64,000 nt of DNA from Actinomycetota bacterium (GCA_023487035.1 JAMDEN010000014.1:683-64682); one strand, 5' to 3'. Shown: positions 8,475 through 18,695, numbered from the stretch's first letter. The notes: a model not told the origin generated them from the sequence alone. A program made the numbers and translations.

Positions 8475-11400
8475 GTGGCAAGATCAACTGTTCATTATAC
8501 TGATAATGAAACAAATAATATCTTAAAAAGGCTTCACAATAAATTAAGACCTGCTGGTACCCCTGTTCAAAGGGTTGAATATATTATCGAACTTTTACTT
8601 CTTCGTATTTTTGAAATCAAATTAAAGCAGGATGAAGATTTTATACCTTTAAGAAGTCTTTTTGAAGGTGAGAATTATCAATTATTATTTTCTCATCTTG
8701 TAAGTATTCCGGGAGAACAAATAAAAATTTACCTTAATAAAAATATTTTTCCCTTTTATGCCCAAATTTTATCTAAAGCGAGAAGTGTATTTAAAGAAAA
8801 TTTACCACAAAAAGTTCAGGATAATTTAGTTTTAATTGAAGAAGTATTTGCCAATTCCAGCTTTTCAACCAATGTTCAAAGTGGTAATATGACTGAAATT
8901 ATTGGACTTGTTTCAGATATTGATGAGAATACTATTTTAAGAACTGATATTTTAGGCGATGCTATAGAATCAGCACTTTCTGAAACGGGAGGTACACAGG
9001 ATATAGGACTTTTTAGAACTCCTGAGCATATTCGCCAGATGATGGTTGCATTAGCCAATCCTACTTTCGAAGATACAATATTTGACCCTGCCTGTGGAAC
9101 AGGGGGTTTTCTTTTTGATGCTTATCATTATGTTTTAGAAAAGATTACTAAAGATGGAAAATGGCCGTCTTCAAAATTTCCACCATCTCATCCTGAATTA
9201 AATGAATATTTCAAGAAATACTTTATAAAATTTAATGAACCAATACCAGATATCGATACTGCCAATAGATTTTATCGCGAAGGAGTTAGTGGAATTGAAT
9301 ATTTGGGAATGATAAGGAAGATGGCGGCAATCAATCTTTATATTCGAGGTTTAAATCCGGCAAATATTATCCAAGGGGATTCTTTACAACGCTTTAACCC
9401 TGCACTTGATATGGAATCAAAGACTTTGATATTAAGTAATCCTCCTTTTGGTGCAGAAAGAGACCAACCAGCATATCCGAATATTTGGCAGGAATATGCA
9501 AAGGAGTCTGAAACAACAATTTTATTTGTAAAATTAATGTTTGATTTGCTTAAAAAAGGCGGTAGGTGTGCAGTTGTAGTGTCAGAAGGATTTTTAACCT
9601 GGGATAAAGCATCTGCAAGAGCAATGAGAAAAATTCTTTTAGAAGAGGCAAATTTAAGAGCAATTATTAGTGTTCCTCAAGGTGTTTTTGTCAGCAAGCA
9701 AGGCCAGGGTGCAAAAACCTCTATTTTATACTTTGAAAAAGGTGAACCTACTAAGTGGGTATGGTATTACAAGATTGAAAATGATGGCTTCTCAATGGGG
9801 GTGAATAGAAAACCTATTGAGGGATGCCAAATTCCAGAGATAATTGAGCTCTTTCATAATTATGTAAAACAAGGCAAAATTCCACCAGAAACAAAAAATA
9901 GTTTTATTATTCCTGCGGAATGGATAAAAACATTAGACCCGAGATTAAAAGAAAGAATAAAACAAGAAACAAAAAAAGTAATTTTGCTAAGGAATAAGGG
10001 TAAAAGAGACAAATTAGTTGAGGAGCTAGAAGAGAAAAAACAAAGAGGAAAAATAACCGATGAAATAATAAAAGAAAAACTCTGGCAGTTTGATAATGTT
10101 TTAGAAAACAAAATTAAAAATGAAATATCAAAGCAGATAGAGAAATCGCACCTTTATTCTTTCAATCTTCAGACATATAGAAGCGATCTAACTGATGAGC
10201 AAATCAAAGAATGGCAGAAAGCTTTAAAGAATATTGAGCCAAAAAATAATTCAACTTTGGATGAAAAATACCAGATGCTAAAAACTGCTGATGAAAAATT
10301 AGCTCTTCAATTAATAGCTTCTTTAAACCCAAAAAGTGCCATTGAAATGGACATAGCACATGAGTTTGTAGGAGCAAATCATGAATTGCATATATTTAGA
10401 AGTTTGAATGAGATATTGAAGAAAAGACATAGATATCCAAAAGAAAAACTTGAGAATCTTTTAATACCTAAATATGAAAAAATTGCCAAAGAAGACTACA
10501 AAGGCGATTTTGAGATAATTGAAAAAATAGATTTTGCAAAAGGGCAAATATATTTTAGAAAAGAAAAGCTGACAGGAATGGATCTTTATAAAGCAAATAC
10601 TGGGGATTTAATAACTTCAAAAATTAATCTTTATCAAGGTGCTATCACAATTGCTCCAATTGATTTGGTTTGTTCAACACATTATCAAGTTTATGAGATA
10701 AATACTCAAAAAATACTGCCAAAATATATGTTTTATGTTTTGAGATCAAAGAAATTTTTAGAACCAATTGCAGAGCAAAGAAGCCAAGGTATTAAAAATG
10801 AACAAGGACCAAAGTTTTTGTTAGATTTTTCAATCCCACTTCCCCCTCTTGAGGTTCAGCAACAGATTGTAGAACAAATTGAAAGGCAAAAAGCTATCAT
10901 TGAGGGTGCAGAAAAGATTTTGGAGAACTGGGAGGTAGATATAAATAGATTTTATGGTGAACAATTTGAATTCAGAGAGATTTTCAAAACTCAATATGGC
11001 TATACTGCCTCGGGAACTAATTATGGGGAATTTCGGCTGATTAGGATTACAGACATAAATAGATATGGACAATTAATTGAAGAAAATAAAATGTATGTAA
11101 ATACAATTAGCGAAGCCGATAAACAAATATATATGCTGAAAAAGGGAGATATTTTGATTGCAAGGACAGGAGCTACTTTTGGAAAAATGCTTTATTTTGA
11201 TAAAGATGAAAAGGCGATTTTTGGTTCATATTTGATTAGGTTAATACCTAAGATAAAAATAAATTCTAAATATATATGGTATTACTCATTTTCTATGTCT
11301 TATTGGAAACAAGCTAAAGAATTGGTCGAAGGAGGAACTCAACCTCAATTTAATGCAAATAAAATCATCAAAATAAAAATCCCTATTCCTCCTCTTGAAA

Positions 11401-11522
11401 TCCAAAAACAAATTATTGAAGAATTGGACAAAGAGATGGGGGTATTAGAAAAAGTCAAATTCCTTAAACAAAAAGCCGAAAAAAGAATTGAGGAGATTTT
11501 AGAAAAAGCATGGGGAGAATAA
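8475..11522 (+). CDS. hsdMS: Type I restriction-modification methyltransferase fused to specificity subunit (HsdM-HsdS fusion)
   Basis: Motif I FDPACGTGGFL and motif IV SNPPFG; two TRDs each ending in the HsdS conserved region (IPLPPLEVQQQIV, IPIPPLEIQKQII); SD AAAGGAA before GTG. Confidence 0.9.
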   Translation: MARSTVHYTDNETNNILKRLHNKLRPAGTPVQRVEYIIELLLLRIFEIKLKQDEDFIPLRSLFEGENYQLLFSHLVSIPGEQIKIYLNKNIFPFYAQILSKARSVFKENLPQKVQDNLVLIEEVFANSSFSTNVQSGNMTEIIGLVSDIDENTILRTDILGDAIESALSETGGTQDIGLFRTPEHIRQMMVALANPTFEDTIFDPACGTGGFLFDAYHYVLEKITKDGKWPSSKFPPSHPELNEYFKKYFIKFNEPIPDIDTANRFYREGVSGIEYLGMIRKMAAINLYIRGLNPANIIQGDSLQRFNPALDMESKTLILSNPPFGAERDQPAYPNIWQEYAKESETTILFVKLMFDLLKKGGRCAVVVSEGFLTWDKASARAMRKILLEEANLRAIISVPQGVFVSKQGQGAKTSILYFEKGEPTKWVWYYKIENDGFSMGVNRKPIEGCQIPEIIELFHNYVKQGKIPPETKNSFIIPAEWIKTLDPRLKERIKQETKKVILLRNKGKRDKLVEELEEKKQRGKITDEIIKEKLWQFDNVLENKIKNEISKQIEKSHLYSFNLQTYRSDLTDEQIKEWQKALKNIEPKNNSTLDEKYQMLKTADEKLALQLIASLNPKSAIEMDIAHEFVGANHELHIFRSLNEILKKRHRYPKEKLENLLIPKYEKIAKEDYKGDFEIIEKIDFAKGQIYFRKEKLTGMDLYKANTGDLITSKINLYQGAITIAPIDLVCSTHYQVYEINTQKILPKYMFYVLRSKKFLEPIAEQRSQGIKNEQGPKFLLDFSIPLPPLEVQQQIVEQIERQKAIIEGAEKILENWEVDINRFYGEQFEFREIFKTQYGYTASGTNYGEFRLIRITDINRYGQLIEENKMYVNTISEADKQIYMLKKGDILIARTGATFGKMLYFDKDEKAIFGSYLIRLIPKIKINSKYIWYYSFSMSYWKQAKELVEGGTQPQFNANKIIKIKIPIPPLEIQKQIIEELDKEMGVLEKVKFLKQKAEKRIEEILEKAWGE

Positions 11523-11542
11523 AAAATAAATCAGGACAAGAC

Positions 11543-13876
11543 ATGATTAAAAGAATTAAAAAAATCAAAAATATAGCAGTTTTTAAGGATTTTAATTGGG
11601 ATTCAAATATTATTCCTGATTTTAAAAAGTATAATGCTTTTTACGGTTGGAATGGAACCGGTAAAACTACGATTGCTAGAATTTTGTCTACTTTTGAAAA
11701 ATGCGAATTAGGTAAACTTGAATTAGACGATGATTCACTCTGTGTTATTGAAATAGACAATAGTACATTAAAGTTATCAAAAAATGATCCTATTCCGGAT
11801 TTACTTAAAAATAATATAAGGGTTTTTAACGAAGATTTTGTAAATGAGAATCTTGATTGGGTAGAAGGAAGGGCTTCAAAAATTTTAATAATGGGTAAAG
11901 AACAGAAAAAACAGAGGGAAACATTAGATTCAATAATATATAAGTTAGGAAATAAAAATAATGATCTTAAAATGAAAGAGCAAGAAAATAGCAATATTAA
12001 AAAAGAGAAAAACAATATTTTAGAAAAAGCAAGAAATGAAATAAAAGAAAATTTAAGAGAGGTTAATGATATAAAGCCTAAAAGTGGCCGAGCAACTGAC
12101 TATATAAACTATACTGTAGTAGATGTTGAAAATATATTAATAAAAAGTGATGAAGTTATATTAATTAAAGATGATGAGATGTTACAGCTCAAAAATTCAT
12201 TAAAAGAAAAGGAAACAAAGGAGCTTATTGAAGATATAGAAATTCATTTGGGGTGGATTCATAGCATTATAGAGAAATCAAAAAAGATATTTGAAACCAT
12301 CATCCCGGATGAAGGTTTAAGATTATTATCAAATTTAGGAAATATTGATGAAAAATTAAAAGAATGGTTAAGAGTTGGCTATGAGATTCATAAAGAAAAA
12401 CAACATCCAGTTATATGTGAATTTTGCAAAAACGAAATTCCAGAAAAGAGAATCGAAAAATTAGGAGAGTATTTTAGCGATGTTTTAATAAATTTGATTA
12501 AAAATATCGACCAAATTACTAAAGATATCTTACGGAATGAACTTCAAAACTTTCAATTAAAAAAAGAAAAATTTTATAGTGAATTTCAAAATGAGTTTTT
12601 GAATTTAAGCAATATATTCAATCAGCAAGAAAATATAATTAGGCAAGAATTAGATAAAATCAAAAAGATACTAGCAGAAAAGAAAAATAATTCTTCACAA
12701 AAAATTATTTTTGATTTTAATATTCTTAACAAATCCATTACAGGTTTAGAAAATATTATTATTCAGATAAATAGCCTGATTAAAAAGAATAATGAAAAAA
12801 CTAATTCATTTAAAGAAAAACGGGCTGAATATGCACATAATTTAGAATCAGCCATTATTAACAAATATAAACCTGATTATGATGAAAAAGAGAAGAGGTT
12901 AAATGAATTGTGGACGGATATAAAATCATTAAGCAAAGAAATAGAAGAATTAAAAACAAATCAAAATAATATTGAGCGAAACCTTAAAAAACATTATTTT
13001 GCTGCTGAAGAATTTAATAATTTATTGAGATTTTTTTTGGGAAGAAGTGAGATAAGTTTAGAAACGGTGGAAGATGGTTATTTAATAAAAAGAAATGGGA
13101 AAGTTGCAAGTAATTTAAGTGAAAGTGAAAAAAATACAATAGCACTAATTTATTTTCTAATTAAATTAGATGAAGAAAATTTTGATTCTAAAAATGGAAT
13201 AATTGTGATAGATGACCCCGTTTCAAGTTTTGACTCTCAATATCTTTATGGTGCTTTTGCATTTATAAAAGAAAAAGTTAAAGAATTAAATCCACAACAA
13301 GTTTTTATTTTTACCCATAATTTTCCGTTTTTCAGACTTGTTAGAGATTGGATGAAATATGAATATTCTAGAAAAACTTGGGATAAGTTGCCATTTTATA
13401 TGATAAAATCCAAATTAAATGCTACTGGGCGCTATTCTACTTTAGATAAAATAGACAAATTATTAAATGAATATAACTCCGAATATTCTTATTTATTCAA
13501 AAAGATTTATAATAGGGCTAATACTCAAGATAGCAGTTTAGATGATGATTATATTTTCCCCAATGCGATAAGAAAATTTTTAGAGAATTATATTTCATTT
13601 AAAGTACCAATTAGTGGTATAAATATTCATGAGAAACTTAAAAATTTGTGTAATGACTATTATTCACTTATTGAACCGAAAATAAAAACACAAATAGAAT
13701 CTTATTGTCAAGACCAATCCCATCCTTTATATCAAGATAGTCCTATTGATTTTGATGAGAGATTACTTGGTGAAATACAAGAAATATGTTCAGCAATAAT
13801 TGAATTGGTAAAAAAAACAGATCCAAAGCATTATCAAAATTTATTGAAAGAATGTGGATTTAGTAATAATGAGTAA
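11543..13876 (+). CDS. rloC: RloC-like AAA_13 ABC-ATPase / Zn-hook / HEPN anticodon nuclease
   Basis: Walker A YGWNGTGKTT; RVFNEDFV; coiled coil with CEFC Zn-hook (12416-12427); LSESEK signature; Walker B IVIDDPVSSFD; FTHN; C-terminal NAIRKFLE...SYCQDQSH. Second Met (11543) preferred as start. Confidence 0.8.
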   Translation: MIKRIKKIKNIAVFKDFNWDSNIIPDFKKYNAFYGWNGTGKTTIARILSTFEKCELGKLELDDDSLCVIEIDNSTLKLSKNDPIPDLLKNNIRVFNEDFVNENLDWVEGRASKILIMGKEQKKQRETLDSIIYKLGNKNNDLKMKEQENSNIKKEKNNILEKARNEIKENLREVNDIKPKSGRATDYINYTVVDVENILIKSDEVILIKDDEMLQLKNSLKEKETKELIEDIEIHLGWIHSIIEKSKKIFETIIPDEGLRLLSNLGNIDEKLKEWLRVGYEIHKEKQHPVICEFCKNEIPEKRIEKLGEYFSDVLINLIKNIDQITKDILRNELQNFQLKKEKFYSEFQNEFLNLSNIFNQQENIIRQELDKIKKILAEKKNNSSQKIIFDFNILNKSITGLENIIIQINSLIKKNNEKTNSFKEKRAEYAHNLESAIINKYKPDYDEKEKRLNELWTDIKSLSKEIEELKTNQNNIERNLKKHYFAAEEFNNLLRFFLGRSEISLETVEDGYLIKRNGKVASNLSESEKNTIALIYFLIKLDEENFDSKNGIIVIDDPVSSFDSQYLYGAFAFIKEKVKELNPQQVFIFTHNFPFFRLVRDWMKYEYSRKTWDKLPFYMIKSKLNATGRYSTLDKIDKLLNEYNSEYSYLFKKIYNRANTQDSSLDDDYIFPNAIRKFLENYISFKVPISGINIHEKLKNLCNDYYSLIEPKIKTQIESYCQDQSHPLYQDSPIDFDERLLGEIQEICSAIIELVKKTDPKHYQNLLKECGFSNNE

Positions 13877-13930
13877 TTATCATGATCCTTAAAGAAACCG
13901 CATAAACATATTTAAGAGGAGTTGTGAGTT

Positions 13931-14974
13931 TTGCTAGTAAAAAAATCAAAAAATAACCTTACTGATAATCAAGCAGAGAAAACCGAAGATTCTGGCATTG
14001 TTATTTATCAAACAAATGATGGTAAAGTTGAATTAGATGTGAAACTTGAGAAAGAGACACTGTGGTTAACGCTTAATCAGATGGCTTTACTTTTTCAGAG
14101 AGACAAATCAGTTATATCAAGACATATAAAAAATATATATAAAACAGAAGAGTTAAATAAAAAATCAACTGTTGCATTTTTTGCAACAGTTCAAAATGAA
14201 GGTGGCAGACTTATTCAAAGACAAATGGAATATTACAATCTAGATATGATTATTTCTGTGGGCTATCGGGTAAATTCAAAGCAAGGTACTCAATTCCGTA
14301 TCTGGGCAACTAAGGTTTTGAAAGATTATCTTGTCCAAGGTTACGTCATAAATCAAAAAAAACTTCTGGAACAAACTGAGAAATTCGAGTTGCTGCAAAA
14401 TACTATAAATTTTTTAAAAAATAAATCTATATATCCTGAACTGCATGATAAAACAGAAGAACTTTTAAGCTTTCTTGAAGATTATTCAAAATCGCTTACT
14501 ATTCTAAATCAATACGATAGCGGTGAAATTTCTTTAGTTAAAGGATATAAACCAACTTATAAGATAACTTATAAAAAATGCGAGCAGTTGATACAAGAGG
14601 TAAAAATAAGTCTCATGCAGAAAAATGAGGCTACTGATTTATTTGGTAAAGAAATAAATAATAAACTTAAAAGTATAATTGGGGCAATTTATCAAACATT
14701 TAACAAAAAAGACTTGTATCCAAGTATTGAGGAAAAGGCAGCAAATTTATTGTATTTAATAATTAAAGACCATCCATTTGTTGATGGTAATAAGCGAATT
14801 GGTTCACTGCTTTTTTTACATTTCCTTGCAAAGAATAATTATTTATTAAAAAACAGTGGGGAAAGAAAAATTAATGATAACACTATTATTGCACTTGCTT
14901 TATTAATTGCTATAAGTTTGCCAGTTGAAAAAGATATTATGATTAAAATTATTACAAATTTGTTAATAGGATAA
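13931..14974 (+). CDS. RhuM-domain / Fic-Doc fusion protein
   Basis: RhuM motifs ETLWLTLNQMALLF and YNLDMIISVGYRVNSKQGTQFRIWAT; Fic/Doc motif HPFVDGNKRIG; SD GAGGAG before TTG. Confidence 0.9.
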   Translation: MLVKKSKNNLTDNQAEKTEDSGIVIYQTNDGKVELDVKLEKETLWLTLNQMALLFQRDKSVISRHIKNIYKTEELNKKSTVAFFATVQNEGGRLIQRQMEYYNLDMIISVGYRVNSKQGTQFRIWATKVLKDYLVQGYVINQKKLLEQTEKFELLQNTINFLKNKSIYPELHDKTEELLSFLEDYSKSLTILNQYDSGEISLVKGYKPTYKITYKKCEQLIQEVKISLMQKNEATDLFGKEINNKLKSIIGAIYQTFNKKDLYPSIEEKAANLLYLIIKDHPFVDGNKRIGSLLFLHFLAKNNYLLKNSGERKINDNTIIALALLIAISLPVEKDIMIKIITNLLIG

Positions 14975-14976
14975 TT

Positions 14977-17352
14977 ATGAATCTTAATGAAGCAACATCA
15001 ACTGATTTAAAGATAATAAACGAACTTCAGAAAATTGGCTGGAAACCAGGAGATACTCTACTTTATCAGCCAGAATATAAATTGACTGAAGACCAACAAA
15101 AAGAATTTTCTGGACATAAAAGTATTAAACCAGATGTTGTCCTCCAGGATTTACACGGTAATGTTTTAGCTGTTTTTGAAAATAAGCTTGAAAACGAGAA
15201 AAAAGCGTTAACCAAATTAAGAACTTTATATTGGCGTGTTTTAAAACCAAGATTTTTATACGCTTGTTCATCCGAAAGAATACTTTTTTATGATACTTGT
15301 TGGCGTGGACTGGAAGCAGGTGATTTCAGACGAGTTGACGGTTTTATGACACTGGAAGAAATGCTTTTAAAAATTGAGCAAGAAAAACAAAAGAATTTAC
15401 AAAGAGAAATTATTATTGATAAGGCAATAATTGGTGGTTATGACCCAGTAGTTGGTAAGGAAAGATATTTTCAGACTGAATGCGTTCAAACTTTGGTTGA
15501 AAAATATAAACAAGGAAAACAAAAAATGCTTGTGCATATGGCAACAGGTCTTGGAAAAACAAGGATAGCTGTTGCTTTTACAAAAGCATTATTACAGTAT
15601 GGACTTGCAAAAAGAGTTTTATTTGTGGTTGATAGAATTATACTTGCAGAACAAGCTCGTAATGAGGGATTTAGTTTGATTAATAAAGATTTTCATTGTG
15701 CCTGGGTTAAAAGTTCAAATTATAAACAATACAGAAATTATAATATCCATATTGTTGTTATTGATACTTTAGAGAATATTTTTCAGGAAATTCCCAATAC
15801 CTTTTATGATTTGATTATCGTTGATGAATGCCATCGTTCAATAAATATTAACCGTAAGTTGATTTTTGATCATTTTTTATGTCCAAGAGTAGGTTTAACT
15901 GCTACGCCAAAAAAGGCGATTTTAGCAAAAGATGCTAAAGATATTTCAGAAGAAGATTTAGAGATTTTAGACACTTATAAACTTTTTGGATGTGAAACAA
16001 ACGAACCAGATTATCAATTTGATTTATCCCATGGAATTGATGAAGGATTTTTAGCCCCATACAAAGTTTTGGAAATAAAAACCCAACTTACTAAGGAAGC
16101 AGAAGAAAAGGGAATTGAATTTGATTATGTTTTTGATCCTGACACAAGAAAAAAGATTGAATTAGATAAGACAAAAAAGATTTGGCTTGAACAACTTGAA
16201 AAGAAATACTTATCGGAAGAAAGAGCTTTAAGAATTGCTGAAGAAATCAAGAAAAATACTCAATATGGTGAAAAGATGATTTTATTTGGAGCAAGTCAAG
16301 CACATTGTATTATTCTTGCTGATGCCATTAACAAAGTTTTTAGTGATAATGGAGAAATTGCCCCAAAATATGCTGAGGCAATTATTTCAGATAATAGTAA
16401 TATAAATGATACTTTAAAAGAATGGTTTAAAAATCCAAATAGAAAACCATATATTGTAGCTTCAGTTGATATTATGACTACAGGAGTAGATATACCTTGT
16501 GTAAGATTTATCGGTTTTGTTACATTAACCAAATCTGTAGGAAAATATATTCAAATGCTTGGAAGAGGTACAAGACTTGATCCAAAATCAGGTAAGTTTA
16601 GCTTTACCATCTTAGATTTTGTAGGACTTTGCAAAAAGATGGAAGATAATGGAAAAGGTACACTAAAACCAAATATAAAAATTGTAAAAGAGTCAAAGAA
16701 CATCTTAAAAGGATGGGCTGAAAAAATAGGAGAAACTCCTATTAATTGGGTTTTTATACCTAATCCTGATCCTGCAAATATGATTCAAAGGGTTTGGGTT
16801 CATGAGCGAGGTATTAAAATTATAGATAATATCCCGATAGAAGAAGCAAAAAAGTTATTTGAAGAAGAGGCACAGAAAATCACAAGAGATGATATATTAT
16901 CATTGCAACAAAAAGTTAAAGAAAATCCAAAATATGAACCTACTGATAGCGATTTAGAAATTATAAAAGAATGGGCAAAAAATCCTGAAATATATCTTGA
17001 TGAAGAACAACTTAAAAGGATATACAATTATCCTCAAGGAAATATCTGGGATTTCTTTTTACATGCTACTGGAGTTAAAAGTATACCAACACTTGAAGAA
17101 AGGATAGAAAAAGGATTTGAAGAATTTATTAAAGCTTACAATTTCACTAATGACGAGCAGGTAAGAATTCTTGAAAGAATAAAAAATATTTTAGCTAAAA
17201 ATTATATAAATAATAAAAGATTATCTTCTAATGATATATTCTCCTCGCCCATTTATGAACAGATTGTTGGTAGAAAAGAAGAATTAGATAAAGTATTTCA
17301 AAATAGATTTTCTGAAATTTTAAAATATCTCGAAGAATCAATTAAAATTTAA
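14977..17352 (+). CDS. hsdR: Type I restriction endonuclease subunit R (compact, EcoAI/EcoEI-like)
   Basis: N-terminal PD...ENK nuclease motif; HMATGLGKT, VDECHR, GLTATP, TTGVDIP and QMLGRGTR SF2 motifs; helical C-terminal domain. Confidence 0.88.
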   Translation: MNLNEATSTDLKIINELQKIGWKPGDTLLYQPEYKLTEDQQKEFSGHKSIKPDVVLQDLHGNVLAVFENKLENEKKALTKLRTLYWRVLKPRFLYACSSERILFYDTCWRGLEAGDFRRVDGFMTLEEMLLKIEQEKQKNLQREIIIDKAIIGGYDPVVGKERYFQTECVQTLVEKYKQGKQKMLVHMATGLGKTRIAVAFTKALLQYGLAKRVLFVVDRIILAEQARNEGFSLINKDFHCAWVKSSNYKQYRNYNIHIVVIDTLENIFQEIPNTFYDLIIVDECHRSININRKLIFDHFLCPRVGLTATPKKAILAKDAKDISEEDLEILDTYKLFGCETNEPDYQFDLSHGIDEGFLAPYKVLEIKTQLTKEAEEKGIEFDYVFDPDTRKKIELDKTKKIWLEQLEKKYLSEERALRIAEEIKKNTQYGEKMILFGASQAHCIILADAINKVFSDNGEIAPKYAEAIISDNSNINDTLKEWFKNPNRKPYIVASVDIMTTGVDIPCVRFIGFVTLTKSVGKYIQMLGRGTRLDPKSGKFSFTILDFVGLCKKMEDNGKGTLKPNIKIVKESKNILKGWAEKIGETPINWVFIPNPDPANMIQRVWVHERGIKIIDNIPIEEAKKLFEEEAQKITRDDILSLQQKVKENPKYEPTDSDLEIIKEWAKNPEIYLDEEQLKRIYNYPQGNIWDFFLHATGVKSIPTLEERIEKGFEEFIKAYNFTNDEQVRILERIKNILAKNYINNKRLSSNDIFSSPIYEQIVGRKEELDKVFQNRFSEILKYLEESIKI

Positions 17353-17548
17353 ATTTTATGAAAATCAAGAATTTAATAAATTCAGAATAATATTGGTCTG
17401 GTTAGATAATCTGGCTTATATATTCTTTTAATTAAGCAATTTCTAATATATCATTAATTTAATTATAAGCTTAATTGTAAACTTAAAATTTAGATCGTAA
17501 TTTAGATCGCAAAAACATTTATTTTGTACAAATAAAATATTAAAAATT

Positions 17549-18130
17549 ATGACTCAATACGAAAGAAAAATAGCAGCTATAAATAAAATTTTAAATTCAG
17601 CTGAAAATTACATTAAAAAAAATGGAATAAATTCTTTAGACATTAATGAAATTTGTAAAGAAGCTGGCCTCACAAAAGGTGCATTTTACCATCATTTTAA
17701 AAATAAACAGCACCTTTTACTGGAGCTACTTAACAGGTGGATAAATAAAGTCTCATCACAAGTTGAAATTCCAATATCAGGTGATTTTAATACAACTGAA
17801 CTTATATTTTATATTATTGAAAAAATGTCTCCTTCATTTGAGCAGGCTGAAAGCCAACTGCCAATTTTTCTGGAATTATATATTAAAGCCATAAGTGATA
17901 AAAATTTAAAAAAATATGTATTAAAATCCTATAACAGCTTCCTTGATTTTTTTAGTGATTTATTAAAAGAAGGTATGTCAAAAGGATATATTAAAAAAGA
18001 AAATCCGACACAAGTAGCGAAAATACTTTTTTCAATTACTTTAGGGCTTTTGATTCAAGGATTAATCGATCCCTCTGGAGAAAACTGGAATGAGTTAGCA
18101 AAAAAAAGTGTAAGAATGCTTTTATCTTAA
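17549..18130 (+). CDS. TetR/AcrR family transcriptional regulator
   Basis: INEICKEAGLTKGAFYHHFKNK HTH. Confidence 0.92.
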   Translation: MTQYERKIAAINKILNSAENYIKKNGINSLDINEICKEAGLTKGAFYHHFKNKQHLLLELLNRWINKVSSQVEIPISGDFNTTELIFYIIEKMSPSFEQAESQLPIFLELYIKAISDKNLKKYVLKSYNSFLDFFSDLLKEGMSKGYIKKENPTQVAKILFSITLGLLIQGLIDPSGENWNELAKKSVRMLLS

Positions 18131-18385
18131 TATCCTTATCTTCTCTTATTTTATCTTATCTTAATCATTTTACTTTATATTCTTTTATCTTATTTTTTTA
18201 TATAATCTTACTTTATCTTATCTAAAAATATTAAAAATAAAATTTTTGAGAATGTCTAAAAAACCGCCTATTATAAGTTTTTAATATTTCCTGATATTTC
18301 CTTTTTTTATTAGTCTCAGATGTATAAATTTCTTTTTTTCTAAATAATTTCACAAAAATTTTTTGAATTTTTTAATTAAAATATA

Positions 18386-18414
18386 TTGATATTTATATTT
18401 ACATACCTTAAGAT
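18386..18414 (+). promoter_or_regulatory. Putative sigma70-type promoter of the small membrane ORF
   Basis: TTGATA-17 nt-TAAGAT, 39 nt before the ATG at 18454; the AT-rich background lowers specificity. Confidence 0.45.
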
Positions 18415-18453
18415 TGTATTAATATTTAAATTTATTAAAAGAAAGGAGTAAAA

Positions 18454-18618
18454 ATGATTAAGGTAGTAACAATAATTCTCGGAATAATTTTGGCTATCTT
18501 AGGTATTTTAGCTTTAATACCTGCTCTTCATTTTGCAGCAGTATGGCTAGCAGTTGTTTTAATAATAATTGGAATCATAAATATACTACTTGGTATATTT
18601 AATAAAAAAACTGCATAG
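18454..18618 (+). CDS. Unannotated 54-aa two-TM membrane micro-protein
   Basis: SD AAAGGAG before ATG; MIKVVTIILGIILAILGILALIPALHFAAVWLAVVLIIIGIINILLGIFNKKTA*; below the ORF-track length cutoff. Confidence 0.75.
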   Translation: MIKVVTIILGIILAILGILALIPALHFAAVWLAVVLIIIGIINILLGIFNKKTA

Positions 18619-18695
18619 CAAAAAGCTGCATAAGAAAGTTGCACAGATTATACAATTTGCAGCATAAAAAATTTTTACTTGTAATTTATATTTAT

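Noticed and set aside
13697..13723. Apparent loss of the HEPN Rx4-6H arginine in RloC (ESYCQDQSH)
   Set aside because: From recall, RloC proteins commonly have SWxNDxSH here and use the upstream RxxxE (RKFLE, present), so this is not evidence of inactivation.
7173..17352. Defence island as a prophage or integrative element
   Set aside because: No integrase, transposase, tRNA or flanking direct repeats were seen.
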